From Candidatus Saccharibacteria bacterium QS_5_54_17 (lineage in GTDB: Bacteria; Patescibacteriota; Saccharimonadia; QS-5-54-17), in the NCBI GenBank assembly GCA_003022365.1, contig PXOU01000018.1:11900-75899 (forward strand): a stretch of DNA of 64,000 nucleotides, in the 5' to 3' direction. The notes beneath the pieces are model-generated. The model was not told where the DNA came from, did not search any database, and saw only the letters and a program-made list of their open reading frames with translations. The stretch's first letter is position 1. Each line of letters starts with the position of its first letter. Position numbers and translations under genes: made by a program. Below, piece after piece: positions 17,457 to 27,250 of this stretch.

Positions 17457-19136
17457 ATGCGGAATTTAAAAAATTACGCCTCATACATACCCAAGCAGTT
17501 CGTGGTCATGTTGGCGATTATGGCGCTGGTAGCGGCGCCGCTTGGGACCTACGCCAACTGGTCCCCGGAACGGGAGACCTACACCATGGACAACCCGGCC
17601 GAGAAAGTCACCTTCAACTCGATGACCGACAACTCCAACTACGGAGACGAGCGGACCTTTTTCGACGCCAAACCGGCCTCCAACAACAGCGAGGGAGGCT
17701 TTCAGGATGAAATCCAGGTCGGCGATCTGGAAGACGGCCAGGAAGTTACGCTCCGGATGTACGTCCACAACAACGCCAAAGAGGAGTTAAACGAAAGCTC
17801 CAGCGATGACGACAACGTCGGATTCGACGGGGAAGGCATCGCCAAAAATACCCGCGTCAGCGTTATGCTGCCGGAGGACACCACTCGGAGTATGCGATCG
17901 ATCGGCTACGTATCCGCCGATAACGCCGAGCCCGGCCAGGTCAGCGATACGCTGGATCTGAAGTCCAGCGACCGGCCGTTTAACGTGGAATACGTGGACG
18001 GTTCGGCGACGCTGTACAACAACGTCCACGAGAGTGGCATCCAGCTCAGCGACAAGATCGTGACTGATGAGGGTGCCCAAGTCGGCTATGAGCGGATGAA
18101 CGGTAATTATCCCGGTTGCTTCCAGTACGCTTCCATCGTGACCTTAAAAGTCAAGGTCAATAAAGCCGACGTCGGCGTCACCAAACAGGTACGCCAGGCC
18201 GGTGACGAGGACTGGCACAGCGAAATCGAGGCCCAACCCGGCGACAAGCTGGAGTACTTGATCAGCCTGGAGAACACCGGCGATTCCAAGCTGAAAAACG
18301 TGGCCGTGGCTGACAACCTGCCCAAGTACATGTCCTACGTGGAAGGCAGCACCAAGTACGCCAATGGCGCAACCGACGGTGAAAAGACCAATCTGGATAG
18401 CGACAACCTCACCAGAGGCGGGGTCGACCTGGGCAACTACGGCCCCGGCGCCAATGCCTTCGTTAAGTTCCAAGCCCAACTGGATTCGGCCGACAAGTTC
18501 GACAAATGCGGTGAGTACCGACTACGCAACGTCGGCATCGTGCGGCCGTTCCACGAGAGCGACCAGATGAACCAGTTCCTCAATACCGCCGATGTGGTGG
18601 TCAACGTGGAGTGTGAACCCGAACCGGAAGAGCCGGAAGTTTCCTTTAGTTGTCAGGACCTGGAAGCCAGCGACCGGCAGGGGACCGAAAGCCTGGAAAC
18701 TACCTTTACGGCCAAGGCGCAGGTGAACAACACAAGCATCACCGAGTACCAGTGGGACTTCGACGGCGACGGTGAAGTTGACGCCACCACCGACAACAAC
18801 CAGATTACCTACACCTACAACCAGCCGGGTGACTACACCGCCCAGGTAAAGGTGGTTACCGAAGACGGGGAGACCGACTTCATCCAGGATTGCCGGGAAG
18901 CCATCACCGTGCAACCGGCCGAGTCTCAAGAGGACGAAGAGCAAGAGCAGGAAGAACAGCAGCAGCAACAGCAACAACAACAGCAGCAGCAACAACAGCA
19001 AACCTCGGAAGAGCTTCCCAACACCGGCATCGGCAGCACGCTGGCCGGTATCTTCGGCAGCGGCGCCTTGGGCGTCAGCGTCCGGAGCTGGTGGCAGAGC
19101 CGGCGCGGATACTTAGCCAGCTTACTGGGCGAGTAA
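17457..19136 (+). CDS. Cell-surface protein: signal peptide, DUF11-like repeat domain, PKD domain, poly-Gln linker, LPNTG sortase anchor
   Basis: AAGGAGAG SD. PKD motif WDFDGDG. C-terminal LPNTG followed by a hydrophobic stretch and RSWWQSRRG. Confidence 0.8.
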   Translation: MRNLKNYASYIPKQFVVMLAIMALVAAPLGTYANWSPERETYTMDNPAEKVTFNSMTDNSNYGDERTFFDAKPASNNSEGGFQDEIQVGDLEDGQEVTLRMYVHNNAKEELNESSSDDDNVGFDGEGIAKNTRVSVMLPEDTTRSMRSIGYVSADNAEPGQVSDTLDLKSSDRPFNVEYVDGSATLYNNVHESGIQLSDKIVTDEGAQVGYERMNGNYPGCFQYASIVTLKVKVNKADVGVTKQVRQAGDEDWHSEIEAQPGDKLEYLISLENTGDSKLKNVAVADNLPKYMSYVEGSTKYANGATDGEKTNLDSDNLTRGGVDLGNYGPGANAFVKFQAQLDSADKFDKCGEYRLRNVGIVRPFHESDQMNQFLNTADVVVNVECEPEPEEPEVSFSCQDLEASDRQGTESLETTFTAKAQVNNTSITEYQWDFDGDGEVDATTDNNQITYTYNQPGDYTAQVKVVTEDGETDFIQDCREAITVQPAESQEDEEQEQEEQQQQQQQQQQQQQQQTSEELPNTGIGSTLAGIFGSGALGVSVRSWWQSRRGYLASLLGE

Positions 19137-19139
19137 CGC

Positions 19140-19745
19140 GCACCTAACCCGGGGGGTGAGCTTCATCTCTCACCCCTCCGCGCTCCCTGGGGGTACCACA
19201 GGAGTACCCCCAGGTGCCAACCAAGAGGAAGCAAGTGGGGGTCAGTAGACAGCAGACAGTAGACAGGGGAAAAACAACGGGAAGCAAGGAGTAAGAAGTA
19301 AGAAGCAAGTGGCAGTCAGTAGACAGGAGACAGCAGACAGGGGAAAAAGAACGGGAAGTAAGCAGTAAGTAAGAGGCGCGACACACAATTACAAGGAACG
19401 TCCTTGCAATATTAAAAATCACTACCAAAAGCGCTACTTGGCGCAAAATTGCAAGGACGTTCCTTGCAAAAGGAGGGTTTTTTCTCTTTTTGTCACTGGG
19501 AATTTAGTTCGGAATCGTTTCTACAGCAGATCCTGGAATAGATCCTGAAATAAATTCAGGATGACAGTAGGAATAGATCCTGAAACAAGCCTGCCTGCCG
19601 GCAGGCAGGTTCAGGATGACATTTTCCGTTACCCCCCCTCTGTCATTCCGAAGACGTCATCCCGGACCCCGCCTGCACTGAGTAAGGTCGAAGTGATCCG
19701 GGATCAGTTCGGAATCTGATTCCGCAACAGGGGAACGATCACGGA
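19140..19745. repeat. Mosaic intergenic repeat array (two tandem AG-rich trailers, twin-palindrome element 19385-19471)
   Basis: Sequence identity to other arrays. Confidence 0.8.
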
Positions 19746-19788
19746 TCTGGGCGGGGCGACCCCTGTCAATCGCTCTACCTTCAATCAC

Positions 19789-19820
19789 TTGACATTAATC
19801 ATATAAAATGCTACTATAAT
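19789..19820 (+). promoter_or_regulatory. Sigma70-type promoter TTGACA-N17-TACTATAAT
   Basis: Near-consensus promoter about 125 nt upstream of ATG 19945. Confidence 0.55.
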
Positions 19821-19944
19821 GGCACCATATGCATTCCGGGGTGGAGTTTTGCCAAATTGGCAATTCCATACCAAAACAGTTGCCTCATGAGGGCAAAGGA
19901 TTGTATACTAGGGATTGTTAATAAGGAGATTTGGAGGTTTGAGG

Positions 19945-21639
19945 ATGTTATTAAGTGCCTTGCAGCGAAAGAATGTTTTCTTAATCATCGGGGTATTCCT
20001 GCTGAGTATTACCGGTATATTCCAGATGAATTCCGGCCCGACCCATGCCATCCATGGCAACGACGTCATCGACGGCGGGGTCAGCAGCGAACAGGAACTG
20101 CAGCAGATTGTCAGAGACGACAGCAGCGACCCGCATGCCCACCACATATTTAACCAAGCCTTCGGCGGCTATACGACACCTGAGGATATGACCGGCATGC
20201 AAAGGGGTACCCTGCACCGTGACGGCCGGGTGACGGTCAACGGCGAAACGGTGGCCCGGAATGCCGCTACTTCCGGACGAAAACATTTCAGCCAACATGA
20301 CCAGGTCCTGGCCAGGGATAACAACGGAGATCCGATTGCCTATTACGCCCCAGCACCGCACCGTTTCGACGAGGACGCCCAGAGTCCGGAGGTGTTGGTC
20401 AAGCTGGACGAGAACGGCCAGTACCAGCACGCCGTGCTTACCAGCTGCGGCAACCCGGTCATCGCTGACGCCGTCCAACAAGAACCGGAACCTGAGCCGG
20501 AACCGGAAGTTTCCTTTAGCTGTCAGGATCTGGATGCCAACGACAGCTCGGCCGTGGGCACGCTGACCACCACCTTCACCGCCGACGTTGAGGTGAAAAA
20601 CACGGAAGTCACCGAGTACCAATGGGACTTCGACAGCGACGGCAACGTTGACGCCACCAGCCGGGACAACAAGGTGAAACATACCTACCGGGAGCCGGGC
20701 GAATACATCGCCCAGGTGAATGTGGTCACCCAAGACGGGGAAACCGGCTTTACCCCGCGCTGCAAGACGCGGATCACCGTCCAGGAAGAATCCGAACCAG
20801 AACCAGAACCCGAGCCGGAACCGGTAGTTTCCTTTAGCTGTGAAGACCTGGACGCCAGCGACAGCTACGGCCGGGGGAACCTGACCACCACCTTTACCGC
20901 CGACGCCCAGGCCGAAAACACGAACATCACCGAGTACCAATGGGACTTCGACGGCGACCAAAATGTTGATAAAACTACCCAGGACAATCAGGTTACCCAC
21001 ACCTATGAGGAAGTCGGTGAGCACACCGCCGCGGTCAAGGTCGTAACCCAGGACGGGAAGACCGGCTTCAGCAGCCAGTGCCAAACCTCAGTGACCGTCG
21101 ATGAAGCGTCTGAGCCGGAACCCGAAGAAGCTGCCTTCGAATGTGATGGTCTCAGCGTCAGCGACCGCCAGGGGACTGAAAGCCTGGAAACCACCTTCAC
21201 CGCCGACGCCGATACCCAAAACACATCAGTCACCGAGTACCAATGGGACTTCGACGGCGACCAGAATGTCGATGAAACCACCCAGGAAAACCAGATCACC
21301 CACACCTACACCCAGCCGGGCGAGTACACCGCCCAGGTGAACGTGGTCACCGAAGACGGGGAAACCGGCTTCACCGCAGATTGCCGGGAAGCCATCACCG
21401 TCGAAGAAAAACCCGAACCTCAAGAGGACCAACAACAGCAGCAACAGCAACAGCAACAGCAACAACAGCAACAACAACAGCAGCAGCAACAGCAAACTAG
21501 CAAACAACAGCCCGATCAGTTGGCCAATACCGGTCTCGGCAGCGCGGCCATGGGATTGATGGGCAGCGCTTCCCTGGGCGTCGGCCTCCGCAGCTGGTGG
21601 CGCACCAAACGCAACCTGCGCCAGAGCCTGCGCGGATAA
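19945..21639 (+). CDS. Cell-surface protein with 4 tandem PKD domains, (EP)n linkers, a poly-Gln tract and a LANTG sortase-type anchor
   Basis: GGAGG SD before ATG 19945. Signal peptide. Four WDFD(G/S)DG PKD repeats. C-terminal LANTG, hydrophobic stretch and RSWWRTKRN. Confidence 0.8.
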   Translation: MLLSALQRKNVFLIIGVFLLSITGIFQMNSGPTHAIHGNDVIDGGVSSEQELQQIVRDDSSDPHAHHIFNQAFGGYTTPEDMTGMQRGTLHRDGRVTVNGETVARNAATSGRKHFSQHDQVLARDNNGDPIAYYAPAPHRFDEDAQSPEVLVKLDENGQYQHAVLTSCGNPVIADAVQQEPEPEPEPEVSFSCQDLDANDSSAVGTLTTTFTADVEVKNTEVTEYQWDFDSDGNVDATSRDNKVKHTYREPGEYIAQVNVVTQDGETGFTPRCKTRITVQEESEPEPEPEPEPVVSFSCEDLDASDSYGRGNLTTTFTADAQAENTNITEYQWDFDGDQNVDKTTQDNQVTHTYEEVGEHTAAVKVVTQDGKTGFSSQCQTSVTVDEASEPEPEEAAFECDGLSVSDRQGTESLETTFTADADTQNTSVTEYQWDFDGDQNVDETTQENQITHTYTQPGEYTAQVNVVTEDGETGFTADCREAITVEEKPEPQEDQQQQQQQQQQQQQQQQQQQQQQTSKQQPDQLANTGLGSAAMGLMGSASLGVGLRSWWRTKRNLRQSLRG

Positions 21640-21769
21640 GCCGGGCAACTCGAGAAAACAAGACACAGACACCCGGGCCCCATGGGGCCCGGGTAAAAAA
21701 ATTACCAACTTCCGCCGGGCCACGCGGGGTAGAACACGTGAATGAATCCTGCCGCCCCGCTCCCGTGTA

Positions 21770-22170
21770 CCCTCTTTGTCACTGTGAACCTCCTCTGTCA
21801 CTGCGAATTTAGTTCGGAATCGTTTCTGCAACAGTTCCTGAAATAGATCCTGAAACAAGCCTGCCTGCCGGCAGGCAGGTTCAGGATGACACTTCTTTTT
21901 CGTTACCCCCCCCTCTGTCATTCCGAAGACGTCATCCCGGACCCCGATCCGGGATCAGGTTCGGAATCCAATCCTGACACTGGGCCTAAAACTGATCCTG
22001 AAATAAATTCAGGATGACAATTCAGGGGTGACATATTCAGGAATGACATTTAGTCCGGTTTTTGTTGCAGGGTTTTTGATAATAGTTCCGGGTTTTACGC
22101 CCGTGAACACCTCCTTGTTGTTTACTGCATCCGAGGTGTTCAATAAGCCGGGCGACTATACGCCATACTT
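21770..22170. repeat. Mosaic intergenic repeat array ending in a 110-bp module shared with 3055-3166
   Basis: Sequence identity. Confidence 0.8.
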
Positions 22171-22206
22171 AACCGGGTAGCAGTAATCCTTTATACTGCC
22201 CGTGTA

Positions 22207-23301
22207 ATGCATGAGATAACCAAAGAACTCCACGCGCTGCTCGGGCGCATCGAAGAAGCCAGCCGCCAGCTGGGCATCGAAACCAAGCAACGCCGGATCT
22301 CGGAAATGGAGCGTTCCATGCAGTCGCCGGAATTCTGGCAGGATCCCGAGACGGCGGCGGCGACCTCCAAGCAACACGCCCATTTGAAAAAACAGGTGGA
22401 CTCCTGGCAACAGTTGCGCCAAGACGCCCGGGCGGCGCTGGATCTGGCCCGGATGGAAGATCACCAGTTGCTGGAGGAGCTAAAGGAGCAATATACCGAC
22501 ATTAAATCCCGGTTCGAGGAAAAGGAATTGGAAGTCAAACTCTCCGGAGTCTACGACGGCCATGACGCCATCCTCCACATCCATAGCGGCACCGGCGGAA
22601 CCGACGCCCAGGACTGGGCGCGGATGCTGGAACGGATGTACCTGCGATTCGCCGACCGGAGCCAGCTGCAGGCGGAAATTTTGAGCCGGTCCCAAGGCGA
22701 GGAAGCCGGTATTAAGAGCGCCATTGTCCGACTGGAAGGCTCCTATGCCTACGGGCGGCTGAAAGGTGAGCACGGCGTGCACCGGCTGGTGAGAAAAAGC
22801 CCCTTTAATTCCGATAATTTGCGCCAGACCAGTTTCGCCCTGGTGGAGGTGACCCCCGACATCCCCGAACCGGAAACTGATGACATTAATGAAAATGATG
22901 TAACCATCGATACCTATCGGGCCAGCGGCAAAGGTGGCCAGGGGGTAAACACCACCGACTCGGCCGTCCGGATCACCCACCAACCCACCGGCATCATGGT
23001 GGCTATTCAGAACGAACGTTCCCAACTGCACAACAAGCAAACCGCCTGGAAGATCCTCCGCGCCCGCCTGGCCCGGCTCCGGGAGGAACAGCGGGCGGAA
23101 ACCATCGACGAACTCCGAGGGTCCCATTTAACCGAGCAGTGGGGGAGCCAGATCCGCAATTACGTACTCCATCCCTATACCTTAGTCAAGGATACCCGGA
23201 CCGGAGTGGAAACTGCCCAAGCCGAAGCAGTCCTGGAAGGCGAGCTGGATGATTTCATCGACGCCTACTTAACCCAGCAGATCGGAGTCAGTAGGCAGTA
23301 G
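22207..23301 (+). CDS. prfB: Peptide chain release factor 2
   Basis: SPF and GGQ motifs. Uninterrupted ORF with no +1 frameshift site. Confidence 0.9.
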   Translation: MHEITKELHALLGRIEEASRQLGIETKQRRISEMERSMQSPEFWQDPETAAATSKQHAHLKKQVDSWQQLRQDARAALDLARMEDHQLLEELKEQYTDIKSRFEEKELEVKLSGVYDGHDAILHIHSGTGGTDAQDWARMLERMYLRFADRSQLQAEILSRSQGEEAGIKSAIVRLEGSYAYGRLKGEHGVHRLVRKSPFNSDNLRQTSFALVEVTPDIPEPETDDINENDVTIDTYRASGKGGQGVNTTDSAVRITHQPTGIMVAIQNERSQLHNKQTAWKILRARLARLREEQRAETIDELRGSHLTEQWGSQIRNYVLHPYTLVKDTRTGVETAQAEAVLEGELDDFIDAYLTQQIGVSRQ

Positions 23302-23640
23302 ACAGGGAACAAGGAACAGGGAACAAGGAGCAGGGAGCAAGAAGTAAGTGACACGCAATTGCAAGGAACGTCCTTGCAATATTAAAAATCGTTACCAAAA
23401 GCGCTACTTGGCGCGAAATTGCAAGGACGTTCCTTGCAAAAGGAGGGCCTCCTCTCTTTTTGTCACTGCGAACTTGGTTCGGAATCGTTTCTGCAAAAAA
23501 TCCCGGCATAGATCCTGAAACAAGCCTGCCTGCCGGCAGGCAGGTTCAGGATGACAATAGGGGAAGATCCTGAAACAAGTTCAGGATGACACTTTTCCCC
23601 TCTCTGTCATTCCGGCCGGCGAGCCGGAATCCTTTAACGT
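23302..23640. repeat. Mosaic intergenic repeat array (twin-palindrome element 23355-23441)
   Basis: Sequence identity. Confidence 0.8.
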
Positions 23641-23656
23641 GTGTTAAGATAAACCC

Positions 23657-24334
23657 GTGATACTACTTGATCGGCTGGGAAAGCAATACGGATCCAACGA
23701 GGCACTGTCCCACGTTAATTTACACATTCACCCCAAGGAGTTCGTTACGGTGGTGGGGGAATCCGGCGCCGGCAAATCGACGCTGATCCGCTTATTAATC
23801 CGGGAAGAGAAGCCCTCGTCGGGGAAAATCATCGTCGGTGGCATCGACTATGAAGGCGTCAAACGCCGGGACATTCCCCGGCTGCGCCGCCGCATCGGGG
23901 TGGTGTTCCAGGACTTCAAGTTGCTGCCCAACCGGAACGTACGTGAAAACGTGGCCTTTGCCCTGGAGATTACCGGAGCCCGGCCCAGTGTCATCAAACA
24001 CACTGTGCCCAAAGTCTTGCAATTGGTGGGGTTGGCGGGGAAAGAACATAATTTCCCCCGGGAACTTTCCGGCGGTGAACAGCAGCGGGTGGCCATCGCC
24101 CGGGCGGTGGTGCGCCAGCCCAAGATTCTGATCGCCGACGAGCCGACCGGCAACCTGGACCCCAAACACTCCTGGGACATCATCGAATTACTGCTGAAAA
24201 TTAACCGCTACGGAACCACTGTGATTTTGGCCACCCATAACCGGGATATCGTTAACGCCCTGCAGCGCCGGGTGGTCACCCTCCGCGGCGGCCGCGTCAT
24301 CGATGATCAGGAACAGGGAGCCTACAATGTATAG
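23657..24334 (+). CDS. ftsE: Cell division ABC ATPase FtsE
   Basis: Walker [18 protein letters not shown] signature and Walker B. Confidence 0.9.
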   Translation: MILLDRLGKQYGSNEALSHVNLHIHPKEFVTVVGESGAGKSTLIRLLIREEKPSSGKIIVGGIDYEGVKRRDIPRLRRRIGVVFQDFKLLPNRNVRENVAFALEITGARPSVIKHTVPKVLQLVGLAGKEHNFPRELSGGEQQRVAIARAVVRQPKILIADEPTGNLDPKHSWDIIELLLKINRYGTTVILATHNRDIVNALQRRVVTLRGGRVIDDQEQGAYNV

Positions 24335-24418
24335 CCGGGCAGCAGCCTACAGGCGATTGTATAATCCGTTCCGGCTCGGGGCTTGCTGCTGGCGCCCCGC
24401 TCTGGGTAGGAGGGGCCC

Positions 24419-25345
24419 GTGCTAGTCCGCAAGCTCTTCATGCTGACTCGGGTCATGGAGGCGGGGACGCGGAATTTCTTCCGGAACGCCTGGCTGAGCG
24501 TGGCTGCTATCACCGTCATGGCGGTGACGCTGACCATCATGTTGTCAGCGGTGGTGTTCAATATGGCGCTGGGCAACACGCTGGATAAGGTGACGGAGAA
24601 GATCGACGTGGCGGTTTACTTCAACGATGAGGCCTCGCGGTCGCAAATTGACCAGTTTCAAGAGGCGCTTCTGGCTCGTGGCAACGTGACTGCGGTCGAT
24701 TTCATTTCCAAATCCGAGGCGCGGGAGCGGTACCGGGAGGAACGCAGCTCTCAGCAAGGAGAACAGCCCATCGACCCGGTTACCCCAGGCGACAACCCCT
24801 TGCCCCGCTCGGTCGAGATCACGGTGGCCGATCTTACCCGGGTGGGGCAAATCTCGGATCTGGCCCAAAGCCAACAATACGCGCCCATTGTCGAGGAAAC
24901 CTCCTTAGGCGGGGACCAACGGGATACCATCCAGCGGATCGCCACGGTGCGTGAATCTTTACTGACGGCCGGTTTGGTGGCTAGCTTGATTTTTGCCGGC
25001 ATTTCGGTATTGATTATCTTTAATACCATCCGGATGGCCATATTCGCCCGGGGAGAAGAGATCAGCATCATGCGGCTCATAGGGGCGACTAACGCCTTCA
25101 TACGGGGGCCGTTCCTGTTCGAGGCCATCCTGGACGGGATTATCGCAGCCTTGATCGCGCTGGGACTGGTGTACGCCCTGTTGTTCCGGAGCGGGGCCTC
25201 GCTAATCGATTACGTGGATTTCGAAAGTACCGTTACCTTCTTCGCCGAGGCGTGGCCGCTGGTGGCAGGGGGGACGATTCTGGCCGGTATCCTGCTGGGC
25301 GCCTTTTCCAGCACCCTGGCCATGGCCCGGTATTTGCGGCTGTAA
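24419..25345 (+). CDS. ftsX: Cell division permease FtsX
   Basis: 4-TM FtsX topology with a large extracellular loop. GTAGGAGG SD. Follows ftsE. Confidence 0.85.
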   Translation: MLVRKLFMLTRVMEAGTRNFFRNAWLSVAAITVMAVTLTIMLSAVVFNMALGNTLDKVTEKIDVAVYFNDEASRSQIDQFQEALLARGNVTAVDFISKSEARERYREERSSQQGEQPIDPVTPGDNPLPRSVEITVADLTRVGQISDLAQSQQYAPIVEETSLGGDQRDTIQRIATVRESLLTAGLVASLIFAGISVLIIFNTIRMAIFARGEEISIMRLIGATNAFIRGPFLFEAILDGIIAALIALGLVYALLFRSGASLIDYVDFESTVTFFAEAWPLVAGGTILAGILLGAFSSTLAMARYLRL

Positions 25346-25569
25346 CAGGGCGGCGGGGAAGAGCAATATAAAGATCGATATAGCCCCTATACCACACCCG
25401 CCTCCTCGATAATTAAGGTCATAAATCAGATTTGAGCCAGTTACACGGGCGTGCTAGTCTGCCAAATGCTTGCTTGGCGCGAGCTTACATCATTTTCCCG
25501 TTACTCCCGGCGCCAGTAAGCATTGACATTTTGTACTTCATTTTGTACAATAAGGAGTGGTCAGCAGCA

Positions 25570-26748
25570 ATGCGACACGTTCACAGTATGCGAAAAACAA
25601 AAACGACCCCCAAAATAACTATAGTTGTAGTGATCACCGTGGTAGCGGTGGCCGGGTTGCTGGCGCAGCGGATCGCCTCCACCTCCGCCCAGTCGCTGCA
25701 GCAGCTGGAGGGAGAGATTAGCCAGCTGGAAGAGCGGATCCAGGATTCCCGTAATCGGTTGCAGGAGTTACGCGACAAAAAAGATACCCTGAAGAACAAG
25801 CTGGAGATCATCCGAACCGACATTAATAAAAAAGAGGCCGAGTTACGCCAGACCCGCCAGGAAATCGCCTCCACTGAAGCGGAGATCCGGGAGACGAAGC
25901 AGAAACTCCGTCGGCAGAAAAAGCTGATGCAGGAAAACGCCGCCACCTTATACAAAGAAGGCGACCCGACTACGCTGGAAATGCTGTTTTCCAGCGACAG
26001 CTTCAGTGATTTCATCGACCGGAAGCAGTACCTGGACAGCGTCAAGGAGAGCCTGGATGAAGCGGCTGCCAAAGTGAAGCAGCTGCAAGGTGAACTGGAA
26101 GACAAAAAAGCCAAACTGGAAGATAAACGCCGGCAGCAGAAAAGCGAAAAGCGGGCCTTGCAAGCCCGCCGCAATGAGCAACAGCGACTGCTGGAGAAAA
26201 CTCGGGGAAGAGAAGAGCGGTATCAGCAACTTCTCAGCCAGCAACAGGAAGAATTACAGCGAAAACGCCAGCAAAAACGCCAAGCCTACCAACGCTACTT
26301 AAGCCGTAACGATGTAGAATTGGTGGCGGGCGATCCTAACAAAGGCGGTTATCCTGACAGATGGGCGAATCCGCCCCGGAACGACAGAGTGGATGAGTGG
26401 GGTATGTATAACCGCCAGTGCACCAGCTACGCCGCTTGGAGAGTCCATGATGACGGCAAACATATGCCCGAGTGGGGTCGGACTGACAATGCGGATGCCA
26501 AATATTGGTACAATTTAGCACGGAGAGATGATATTCCCACCGGCGGGTCACCAAGAGAGGGGGCCATCGCGGTGTGGCGCGAAGGAGATGGTATGGGGGA
26601 TACATATGGACACGTTGCCTATGTCGAAAATGTCAATGATGATGGTTCGATTTGGGTAAGCCAGTACAATGTAACACCCGGCGAATACAATGAAATGGGG
26701 GTAAGTAAGGACAAAGCCGCTCAATTAGATTACGTCTATTTCCAGTAA
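25570..26748 (+). CDS. Coiled-coil plus CHAP-domain peptidoglycan hydrolase (PcsB-like)
   Basis: Signal anchor, long coiled coil, C-terminal CHAP domain (NRQCTSYAAWRV…GHVAYVE). AAGGAG SD before ATG 25570. Confidence 0.8.
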   Translation: MRHVHSMRKTKTTPKITIVVVITVVAVAGLLAQRIASTSAQSLQQLEGEISQLEERIQDSRNRLQELRDKKDTLKNKLEIIRTDINKKEAELRQTRQEIASTEAEIRETKQKLRRQKKLMQENAATLYKEGDPTTLEMLFSSDSFSDFIDRKQYLDSVKESLDEAAAKVKQLQGELEDKKAKLEDKRRQQKSEKRALQARRNEQQRLLEKTRGREERYQQLLSQQQEELQRKRQQKRQAYQRYLSRNDVELVAGDPNKGGYPDRWANPPRNDRVDEWGMYNRQCTSYAAWRVHDDGKHMPEWGRTDNADAKYWYNLARRDDIPTGGSPREGAIAVWREGDGMGDTYGHVAYVENVNDDGSIWVSQYNVTPGEYNEMGVSKDKAAQLDYVYFQ

Positions 26749-26769
26749 TCATTCGACGATCCCGCCTGC

Positions 26770-27250
26770 GTTAAACGGATACTCCCGGGGCCAAAACAGG
26801 AAGCAGGAAGTAAGTGGGAGACATATACGTAATTGCAAGGACGGTCCTTGCAAAAGGAGGGTTCTCTCTCTTTGTCATTCCGAATTTAATTCGGAATCGT
26901 TTCTGTAACAGATCCTGAAACAAGTTCAGGATGACACTTCTTTTTCGTTACCCCTCTCCGTCATTCCGAAGACGTCATCCCGGACCCCGATCCAAGATCA
27001 GTTCGGAATCGGGTTTGAAACTGATCCTGAAACCGATCCTGAAACAAGTTCAGGATGACAATAGGGGAAGATCCTGAAATAAATTCAGGATGACACTCCT
27101 TTTTCGTTACCCCTCTCCGTCATTCCGAAGACGTCATCCCGGACCCCGATCCGGGATCAGGTTCGGAATCGGCTCTGATTTTAAAACCTCCTTGTTGTTT
27201 ACTGCATCCGAGATGTTCAATATGTCCCGAGACTATACGGGCCTACATTC
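26770..27250. repeat. Mosaic intergenic repeat array
   Basis: Sequence identity, including the TGTTCAATA…GACTATACG module 27186-27240. Confidence 0.8.
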
